Below are positions 11,459-21,662 of a stretch of 64,000 nt of DNA, in pieces. Within the stretch, counting starts at the first letter, position 1. Each line of letters opens with the position of its first letter. The stretch spans positions 48,794,001-48,858,000 of the forward strand of contig NC_082709.1 in the NCBI RefSeq assembly GCF_030144855.1, written 5' to 3'. The position numbers and the translations under genes are program-made. The notes beneath the pieces were generated by a model. It did no database searches, had not been told where the DNA came from, and was given only the letters and a program-made list of their open reading frames with translations. The stretch is from Hypanus sabinus. Taxonomy: Eukaryota.

Positions 11459-14400
11459 TGTGGGGTAATGTAATTAGGAGGAATGTACAAAATTCAGAAC
11501 CACCGACATTGCACTGGGGTTTTGGTTTAAGAGGCTGGTCTCAGTGATGCACCATCAATAACTCTCCGAGACGTGAGGCGAGATATAGGCTTTTATTGGC
11601 TGGAAGAAAGAACAAGCAGCAGTTGACCACCATACTACATCCTGGAGACTGAGGCCAGGGCTGTGTCTCGAATCGCCTTTATACCGGGGTCAGTGGGAGG
11701 AGGCACAGGAGCAGTCAGCGGGGAGGTGGGGGCGTGTCCAGACAGATATATGTAGTTCACCACATTCACCCCCCCACCTTGTTCTAAAAGAGAGTCCCCA
11801 TGGGGCAAAGTTTCTTACAAGTATATTTACAGGTTAAGTCTATCAGGTGGTCAAATCTGTCGCTGCGATTTACGTAGCACCGGCTGTGATTGCACAGGTG
11901 CTGGTGGTGATCGCGCCAGAGACGATGGTTGTGCTGGTTCCGGCCTAACTGGAGGTGTCAGCCCACTAGGCGTCAGTGATCCCTCATGTGTGTGCGAGGC
12001 GCCTGGTATATGCGCGTGCAAGACGCCCGGTATAGGAGTGGCATGAGGAGTCTGTGTAGGGCTTGGTGTGCGTGGTGTCAGCTCGGGTACAAGGTTCATA
12101 GTTACCGTGGAGTGTTTGGGGTAGTGGTCTGCTGCTCCTGCGGGCGCCAGGTCGCGGATGGAGACCGTGTCCTCCTGCCCATCAGGTAAGACCACGTAAG
12201 CGTACTGGGGGTTCGCATGAAGTAGGTGAACCCTCTCGACCAGCGGGGAGTATTTATTGCTCCTCGCATGTTTCCGGAGCAGCACTGGCCCTGGGGATGT
12301 CAGCCAAGCCGGTAGGGTGGTCCCAGTGGCAGACTTCCTGGGAAAAGAAAATGGGTGCTCGTGAGGGGTGGCATTGGTGGACGTACATAACAGGGAGCGG
12401 ATAGAGTGGAATGCCTCGGGGAGGACCTCCTGCCATCGAGAGACTGACAACCCTTTTGACTTAAGGGCTAAAAGTGTGGCCTTCCACACTGTGGCATTCT
12501 CCCTCTCCACCTGTCCATTTCCCCAGAGATTATAGCTCGTGGTCCAACTAGTAGCAATGCCCCTAGCCAGCAGGTATTGGCGCAGCTCATCACTCATAAA
12601 GGAGGACCCTCTATCACTGTGGCTATAGCAGGGATATCCGAACAGAGTGAAGAGCTGACACAGGGCTTTTATGACAGACATGGCAGTGGTGTCGGGGCAC
12701 GGGATGGCAAAGGGGAACCATGAGTACTCGTTGATAATGTTGAGAAAGTAGACATTGTGGTCAGTGGAGGGAAGGGGGCCCTTAAAGTCGACTCTCAGTC
12801 GCTCAAAGGGGCGGGTGGCCTTGATAAGTTGTGCCTTTTCAGGACAGTAGAAGTGCAGTTTGCACTCAGCGCAGACTTGACAGTCCCTGGTCATCGTCCT
12901 GATGTCCTCAAGGGAGTACGGCAGGTTCCGGGCTTTCACGAAATGGTAAAATCGGGTGACCCTGGGTGGCAAAGATGCGCATGGAGGGCATATAGCTGGT
13001 CGAGCTGAGCGCTGGCGCATGCTCCCCGGGATAGGGCATCAGGGGGCTCATTGAGCCTTCCAGGTCGGTACAGGATTTCATAGTTGTAGGTGGAGAGTTC
13101 TATTCTCCACCGCAAAATTTTATCATTTTTGATTTTGCCCCGCTGTTGGTTGCTGAACTTGAACGCAACTGAGCGCTGGTCAGTCAGCAAGGTGAACCTT
13201 TTGCCGGCGAGATAGTGCCTCCAGTGCCTAATAGCTTCCACTATGGCCTGGGCTTCTTTCTCCACCACGGAGTGCCGAATTTCAGGGCCTTGAAGGGTAC
13301 GAGAAAAGAATGCTACTGGCCTGCCTGCCTGATTGAGGGCAGCAGCCAGCGCGAAATCGGAGACATCACTCTCTACTTGGAAGGGAATAGTCTCGCCAAC
13401 CGCATGCATCATTGCTTTGGCAATGTCCCCTTTAATGCAGCTGAAGGCCCTGCAGGCCTCGGCTGAGAGGGGAAATGTGGTAGACTTGACCAGGGGAGCG
13501 GGCCTTATCTGCGTAATGGGGAACCCATTGGGCGTAATAGGAAAAGAAGCCCAGGCACTGTCTGAGGGCTTTGAGGGTGGTGGGAAGAGGGAGTTCCAAC
13601 AGGGGGCGCATACGGTCGGGATTAGGGCCAATGACCCCGTTCTCCACGACATACCCAAGGATAGCGAGTCGGGTGGTTCCAAACACAGACTTGTCCCTGT
13701 TATAAGTAAGGTTCAGGGCTTCGGCCACTTGGAAAAATCATTGGAGGTTGGCGTTGTGATCTGACCAGTCGTGACCACAGATAGTGATGTTATCCAGATA
13801 GGGAAATGTGGCCTTCAGTTGGTACTGGTCCACCATCCGGTCCATTTCCCTCCGGAAGACAGAGACACCATTTGTGACACCGAAGGGGACGCGCAGGAAG
13901 TGATAGAGCCTGCCGCCCGCCTCGAAGGCGGTGTAGGGGCGGTCCTCTGGGTGGATGGGGAGCTGGTAATAAACAGATTTCAGATCTATTGTAGAGTACA
14001 CCTTGTACTGAGCTATCTGGTTGACCATATCCGCGATGCGGGGTAGGGTGTACGCGTCAAGCTGCGTGAACCTATTGATGGTCTGGCTATAGTCCACGAC
14101 CATTCTATTTTTCTGCCCGGTCTGAACAACGACCACCTGGGCCCTCCAAGGACTTGTGCTTGGCTCATTGATCCCCTCCCCGAGCAGCCGCTGCACCTCC
14201 AACTGAATGAAGGCCCTGTCCCCCGCGCTGTACCGCCTGCTTTTAGTTGCCACAGGTTTACAGTCGGGGGTCAGGTTGGCAAACAGCGGTGGGGGAGGGA
14301 TCCTGAGGGTGGAGAGGCTGCAAGTGGTGTCAGTAGCGCAGATGTCAGTATGTTGCTGGGTGGGATGTGTGGGTCGGTATGTGTGTGTGGTCACTAGCGG

Positions 14401-17400
14401 GGTATATGACGAAGTCCCACAAAACTGATGATTCCTGACAGTGAGTGGTGGGAGGGGCCCGTCATATGCCATAGTCACACTTTTGAGGTGGCTCTGGAAG
14501 TCCAGTCCCAATAGCACAGGGGCACACAGTTGAAGCATGACCAGTAGTGCAAAGTTCCGATATTCTGTGCCCTGCATCACCAATGTCGCTACACAACCCA
14601 CCCAGATGTCTGTGGAATCTGACTCAGAAGCCATGGTGACTCTCTGGCTTACCGGCCATGTCATGAGTCTGCAGCATTGCACCGTGTCCGTGTCAATAAA
14701 ACTGTCAGTGCTGCCCGTGTCAAACAGGCAGCTAGTCCTGTGTCCCTCCACCAGGATGTCCATCATTGACCTTGCAAGCTGGTGTGGGGCGCTTTGATCA
14801 AGGGTTACGGAGGCCAGAGTTGAACTGCCGTCTTGGTGCCCGGTAAGCACCGGTGGGTCAGGGGTGGGGTGAGGTGGCGCCGACAAAGATGGCCGCCCCC
14901 ATCCGGGCAGGCAAGATGGCGGCCCCCATGCCTCACACGCAGCGCTGCCCGACCCCGCTCGTGATTCAGACTTGGCGAAATGGCCCTTCTTCCCGCAGCT
15001 GGAGCAGGTCGCTTCTCGGGCCGGGCAGTGTTTTTGGGGGTGCTTTTCGAGCCTGCAGAAGTAACACTGCGCGGACTTGCGACTGGCAGCAGCTGTGGTC
15101 GGTTTCGGGGAGTTCGTGGACTCATGACTGGCAGCGGCGGTGGTGAATTCCGGCGGGGGATCGCGCGGCTGGACAGCGTCAGCGTTGTGCAGAGCAGCCT
15201 CCAGCGTGTTGGCCGTCTCAATCGCTGAGCGTAAGGTAAGTTCGGTATTTTCCAGCAGCCGCTGGCTCTCGTACGCTGACCTGATCCCTGTAACGAAGGC
15301 GTCTCATACTAGCAGCTCCGCATGCTGTTCCACCGTCAGCCCTCTGCAGTCGCAGGCTCGCACGAGTGTCTGTAGGGCTCGGAGAAACTGCCCGCTCAAC
15401 TCACTGGTTCGCTGTCGCCACGTCGCTAAGCGATGTATTGCATTGACGGTATTCACCGGCTGTAGTTACTGTCTTTTGAGGGCATCCAGTGCCCCTTGGT
15501 AGGTCGGCAGGTCTCTGATAAGGGAGAATACTTTCGGACTTACTCTGGATAGTAGTATTTTGTACATTGTGGCAGGCTCCGTCACTGGAATTGCTTCCAA
15601 GTATGATTGGAAGCATGCAAGCCAGAGTTCAAAGGCAAGAGCTGCTTCTGGGGCTTGGGGGTCCAAGTCTAATTTTTCTGGATGTAAAATACTTTCCATG
15701 TTTTAAAACTTCCAGCCAATAAAATTGATGCACCATCAATAACTCTCCGAGACGTGAGGTGAGATATAGGCTTTTATTGGCTAGAAGAAAGAACAAGCAG
15801 CAATTGACCACCACACTGCATCCTGGAGACTAAGACTGGGGCTGTGTCTCCAATCGCCTTTATACCGGGGTCAGTGGGAGGAGCCACAGGAGCAGTCAGC
15901 GGTGGGGGGGGGGGGGCGCGTGTCCAGACAGGTATATGTAGTTCACCACACTGAGGTGATAATATTGTTACGTAAGGATTTTTAGTGCACTTTTGTGTTT
16001 AGGTTTTGGAGTTCAGTAAAATGCGTTACGGGTTTCATTAAATATAGAACACCTCACTACATTTTATTTGTGGAAACCTACATTAGTGACCCCAATGCTC
16101 TAGGACAATTCCAGAGTTATTGAACATGTTGGCCATCAAAGTTGCTTTGAAATTGTCGAAGTTTTTGGAGCAAAATGCTATCGCTTGGTTTGTACAAGCA
16201 GAGGCCTAATTCATTCTGTGAGAAATTACTGCCAGTGACACCAAATTTTACGATGTGGTAGCGTCACTCAGCAATTCCACGACTGGGAAAGTTGTGAGTC
16301 TGCCTGAACCCCCACCTGTACACCATAAATACCAATCGCTGAAAACTCAACTTTTACAGACTTTTGGACTATCAGAGTCCGAGCACACCAAACAATTGCT
16401 CTCCCTACCCAGTCTCAGAGCATTGTTAGACCTTCCGGGCTAATGGATCATGTCCTGTCTCTCCTGCGAAATCACCATCTTTATACTATGTTTAAAGAAC
16501 TCTTCCTGCAGCATATTTCTGTCCAAGTTCTCATAGCCCCCGCTGATGCACCCATGAAGGATTACCGGGAACTTGTTAAAATGGCTGATAATCTCCAGTC
16601 ATCTAGGCAGTGGTACATCATTCCTCCTCCTTTCCCTACCTCAATAAGCCCGGTCAGCAAGGCCACAACACCAGGAAATAGACTACACCGTGTCTGTGCT
16701 TTTACCACACTTGCTTTGGAACAAATGCGAGGAGTTGCCAATCGCCTTGCACTCCAACAGTGCCAGCACATCGGGATATCAGAGATCTGTGACACCATGG
16801 GTTCCAATTGCTAGGGGCATCGACTGTTCATTACAAACACCATTTCAGGGTGACCCTTCTGGCGTGATATAGCTACTCACTGGCATGGCCTATTGATGAG
16901 AAGACAAAGAGTGACAAAACCTCACTGGAGCCCGCCAGCGGCAGTGGGATCCATTCTCACAGGACACGATGGGTGACGCTATGCTTCAATGGGTGGCCTT
17001 ACACATGGGACTTTGTCGTGGCTAAGGTGGCTCGACCTCTACTCGGTGCAGATTTCTTGTGTGCCCAAGGACTATTAGTCAATCTTACGATTGCCAGTTT
17101 ATGGATGTCAAAAGCTATAGATTATTACCCTGTTCCTATGTTAAGTTCCCCACAATGCATCTGCCAAGCATATGCACCACCACAGGTGAGTTTACTTGAA
17201 TGCTGGATGAATGTTGCAAGTGCCATGTGATTTCATTCCTGGTGCCACACAGCCTCGTTGGCCTCTCAACAGCATTTCACCCTCCTCCATTCAATTCCTT
17301 TTCACCTATTCTGACCTCCCATCATGACTTACAACACTTTTGGGTTCCTGTAACCTATATTCCACCTCGTTTGTTTTTGTCCACCATGACACACACAACA

Positions 17401-17928
17401 ATCTCATAGACCCCCTTATGAAGGCTCGTTCTATGTTTTGGAACAGGCAGAAAAGACTTTTGTCAGAGATAAGAGATGCAAACCTGATTGTATTTCAGTA
17501 GATCATCTTAAACCGGCCCAGCAAGATTTAGAGTATTCGCTGCCACGCCGCTGACGTCACATCATGACCATGAGTGTGTCAATGTTTCTCTGGACAAGCC
17601 AGGGGCACCTGCAGTTCCTCCACCTGTGGAATACAGGAACTGAGCCGGGCGGCTCGTCCGAGCTCCAGAAAGGCCCACAATGCCGATTGTAGTGAATTCT
17701 GGGGTGAGGCCTGTGTAGGGTGATGTAATTGGGAGAAATGTACATGATTCAATTCACAACCACCGACAATGAGTTAGGGTCTCACTTTAAGAAGCTGGTC
17801 TGATGTGATGATAACACGTAAGGATTTTTAGCACTCTTTTGTGTTTAGGGTTTGGAGTTCAATAAAATATGTTACAGGCTTCATTAAACATGAAACACCT
17901 CACTTCGTTTTATTTGCAAAAACCAACA
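11459..17928 (+). mobile_element. CsRN1-type Gypsy LTR retrotransposon, internally deleted, 5' LTR interrupted by the Mag-type element
   Basis: 5' LTR 11459-16082 (split) and 3' LTR 17714-17928. TSD TGAT (11455-11458 / 17929-17932). tRNA-Trp-like PBS TAGTGACCCC. Gag remnant WFVQAEA...TKFYDVVASL and protease LLGADFL. About 2.2 kb of RT-RH-IN is missing at ~17212 relative to the copy at 48654. Confidence 0.85.
11545..15950 (-). mobile_element. Full-length, disabled Mag-type Gypsy LTR retrotransposon (gag-PR-RT-RH-IN)
   Basis: 5' LTR 15726-15950, 3' LTR 11545-11764, PPT next to the 3' LTR, TSD CTCAG/CTGAG (empty site 48735-48739). Gag ATG at 15699; paired knuckles CYFC...H...C...CSSCGKKGH; protease LFDTGS; RT SPW...PFG...YLDN; RNase H; integrase zinc finger plus VDFKGP/HSDRG/ERE. 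Stops and frameshifts at ~15466, ~13738, ~13500 and ~12960. Confidence 0.93.
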
Positions 17929-18227
17929 TGATCAGAAATGACTTTCTACTCAAGTGTATCTTATCTTCTAACTCATAATTGCAAAGAGGTTTAGAAATGT
18001 AGTAGATTAAAGTTTATCTCTGTTTTCTTTTGAACAGTAGTTTCTAGGAATGCTTTATTCCAAATTATCTGCAAATATAAATTGTTATCTCACTGTTATG
18101 AAACTTATACAGGATTGTATATGGGTTCAAGAAAGTTCAAAGTACAGAATTGATAACTTACTAAAGTCCATTTTATCTGAGTCCACCAAAACTTACGCCA
18201 GACAACATTATGCTTTGTAGTAGCTGC

Positions 18228-19336
18228 CTAGAAGTCCCTCAAGTGTCTGAGGGACCCAGTTGAAAGACCCAGACACTGTATTTCCTGGGCTTCCTAGATT
18301 TCAGTTAGTACTGTCGGCCTCTGTAGTTGGGATGTTCATGGAAGATCCAGTAACCATCCATCACCTGACAGGAGTGGATGTCACAGCAACAGAAACTATC
18401 ATAGACAGAGGGACAGTCGTCCATGAATTCCATCATCTTCCTTTCACCCCAAACTCTGCCCTGTTCACCATGGAGGATATAAAATATGAAGGAAAACATC
18501 AAACTCAAATGCGTCAAGGACAGTGGAAGCAGACAGATCAATTGCCTTTGTTCCTACCATGTAGTCGGAGTTGGAGACTGCCATTTTGTGCGATAAAGTT
18601 GCTTTGCTTTCTGTGTTTTAAAGAAAACATAATGTTGCTTCAGGTAATCTGCTGGATTAGAGATCATTTCCAAATAAGAATTAATTTGTGAGCAGTTTTG
18701 ATATAATATAACATGCAGGTTTCTGAATGCTGGGGCTGGTGCCTCCTTGGAGTGAGTCGAGCTGGTTACTGAAGAGAACAAAGAGCAATAAATTATTGAT
18801 TGTCACTTGCTGGGAAGAGGGCAATAAATGGATGCGAGCCGAGAGCAGAGCCAATAAAAAGGTGTTAAATGTCAGACACTTGACCTACAGCCAATGACAC
18901 TGAAATGCGATATTTGAATTAGACAATACACAATAGACAATAGGTGCGGGAGTAGGCCATTCGGCCCTTCGAGCCAGCACCACCATTCAATGTGATCGGG
19001 GCTGATCATCCACAATCAGTACCCCATTCCTGCCTTCCCCCCATATCCCTTGACTCCGCTATCTTTAAGAGCTCTATTGGTATGGAACGAATATAAAAGG
19101 GGGCTCTTCAAGTGTACTATCAAGAGATCTACCATTGCAGGAAGGATCCGCACACCAGAGACTGAAGGAAGAAAGGATTGATCACCTGGCCAACGGCGAT
19201 CCCCTATTTCAGTGTTATAAATTAGAAAAGCGTCCATTAATTACAGTTTGTGTAGTGAGTTTGCTCTTCTAGTACCATGGATAAATAGTCAACAGCCCTC
19301 TGGTAAATTCTCATCTTTGTAGTTACCTCCTCAGTA
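18228..19336 (-). pseudogene. Orphan gamma-crystallin exon 3, split by an ~850-bp insertion
   Basis: 5' piece 19294-19336 follows an acceptor TTTCAG and reads TAC TGA GGA GGT AAC TAC (stop, then +1 frameshift). 3' piece 18228-18440 reads [13 protein letters not shown]...YRGRQY*. No exon 1 or 2 is seen upstream. Confidence 0.9.
18920..19076 (-). mobile_element. 5'-truncated CR1 3' stub inside the pseudo-exon insertion (also ~37733-37889, ~53956-54112)
   Basis: Encodes the ORF2 end (RALKDSGVKGYGGKAGMGY*), then a 3' UTR like 25265-25345 and an (ATTGTCT)n-like tail. Confidence 0.85.
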
Positions 19337-21662
19337 CTGAAATAAATTATTTTAATGCATTCTTAATATAATCATGTCAAAAATGCATATAATATACTGT
19401 GGATATTATATATACAGTAAGAAACAATGTGCTGACACTGGAGAGGGTTCAAAGGCTTGTCACGTGAGGAGGCTTGCATTGTCCTGGCTTGTACATGCTG
19501 GAATTTAGAAGAATGATAGGGTGAGGGACTTACTCTCTATAAATTCTTCCTCTCTACTGTAATAGCTAACTTGATTTTCTCTGTCTTTGTAGATGAGAAT
19601 GGCCTATGATTGCTGTATTTCCTGTGCCTTCATTGTTATTACTATTTACTGGTCTGGAACTGACTCCGCCAATGTTTCTGTCCTTTGCTCTTTCTTCGCT
19701 CCTCCCAAGCTCATCCACTTTCTTCATTAAACAACAATTTGCTGAAGGAACTCAGAGGGGCAGACAGCATCTGCAGAGGGATATGGAAATTTCATTTCCA
19801 CCAATTGCAGTTTTGTTGGCTGGTCATTATAGGCTTTGATTATTGTAGTATACAAAAAATTGTTTTCAGTCCACTGCTTTCTGTAGGATGCACCTTGGTT
19901 TAGCGAATGAGCTGACACCTCAGATTGCTTAGTATTTCATCTGGAGGTTACGTGCTAGCTCTGCCTTCACATTAATTCCTGACACAGTAATCAGGTCCCA
20001 GTCTAGCTGCCTAATGTACATTTAATACTGACATCAGCATTTCCTGTCCAACTCACAAGAGAAGTTCATAGAGGAAAGTGGTTGATTTAGCATTGACTGG
20101 CTGGGTGTTGGGGTTTTCCTGTGGAGGCAAAAGGGTGGTCAATGTTTTAGCTCCAGGCCTTGCATCAGGAACAAGAATGTAAGAGAGAGATAGCCAAAAA
20201 ATAGAGGGGAAGTAGTGGGATGAGGCGGGGGCTGGCAGGCAACTGGTGTAACGAGGTGGGAAAAGGGATGACAGGTTTATGGAACCATGTATGGGGAAGG
20301 TCAGGGTGAAGGTTGCGAGAGAATGGCTGGAGGCTGATGCGTATAAACAGACAAGGAGAGAGTGGGAAATACTGGATGGGGGATCGAGGAGTGAGAGATA
20401 GAGGATGACATGATATGCGGAGATATAAAGGTTGCAGATGCTGGAAAATGAGGAGGAAGGAAGGTGAGAAGGGAGCGATGAAAGAGGGAAACCTCTGGAC
20501 CTTCACTTTGGGATGTTTTCCTTTTTCCCCTACTCAATCTCTAGTTGGATGTCTACCCTCCTCACAGTCTGGTTACTCACATCACTATTACTAGTGTTCT
20601 TACACTTTAACTTTCTGAATTCCTTTGAACACTCCCCATCACCACTCACACAAGAAATCCTTAGGACTTTCACTCATCATTTCACCTGGATCTACATACC
20701 TGCCATCCCTTTCTCCAGTCCATCTTATACTGGCTGCCTCCCCTCTAAGTTCAAGGTCATTTGCAAGATGGACAGCTGTCAATGTAAGCTTCCAAACTGC
20801 ATGTATCCCTCACAAATCGTAATCCAAATTAAATTGCTTGGAATTGGAAGTGTCCATTCACATTGTCAGAATTTGTTTGTGAAGGAAACATTATTATGGA
20901 AAAGGGTTAACGATATTATTGTCGGCACCTTTGTCTTTAGGCTGTAATCATCTCAAAAATGGATGGTACGTGTCCAGTTTGCAACAGGCGGGAAGAGGCA
21001 GCGTAGCGGTGCAGGTAGTAGAACCACCGCCTCACAATGTCAGCAACCTAAAGTGATGTCTATATAGGACTTCCACATTCTCACTGCAAGCCCATGTTTT
21101 CTTTCTAGGTGTCTGGTTTTGTTCTTGATCTGCAGAGAAAAGCCATCTGGTGGGTAAATCGACCATTGTATGTTGTTCTTTGTGTGTCGGTGACTACAAT
21201 TTGGAGAAGTGATGAGAATATGTGGTGATTTTTAAAAATATTATCAATGAAGGATTAGTGTAAGTGGGTAGTTAATGTTCAGCCCTGACTCAATGGGCCA
21301 AAGGGCCTGTTTCCACGTTGTATCTCTCTATAAGAGCAGGAATCCACAGAGGTGTGACAATTTATCACTATCCTCTCAATAGGAGAAGATGACCTGATCA
21401 ATAATGAATTACATATTCAGCATGCCTCTGGATAAAAATTATCTCCACAATGATAGCAACTAAAATGAGAAATAATCCTGAGTTAAGGCCAATATGGGTC
21501 AAAGCCACCACACAGGACTCAGGTACTAATGTTATTTTGTATGTTTTAAACAATGTTACAACAGCATGAAAATAAATGAATTACAATGACAATTATCATG
21601 CAAAGCTTATTTTATTTTCTGAAGTATGTTCTCAGAATAATATGCTGATTATTGAGAGTCAA

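Noticed and set aside
15904-15916. G13 vs G18 run in the 5' LTR copies (possible G-quadruplex)
   Set aside because: Homopolymer length is unstable and error-prone in sequencing, and the run is much shorter in the other LTRs.
18260-18691. 143-aa plus-strand ORF repeated in several units
   Set aside because: It is antisense to the pseudo-exon plus inserted DNA and recurs only because of the duplication.
20165-20947. 113-144 aa ORFs conserved in three units
   Set aside because: Purine/pyrimidine-biased repeat remnants with no domain; identity reflects recent duplication.
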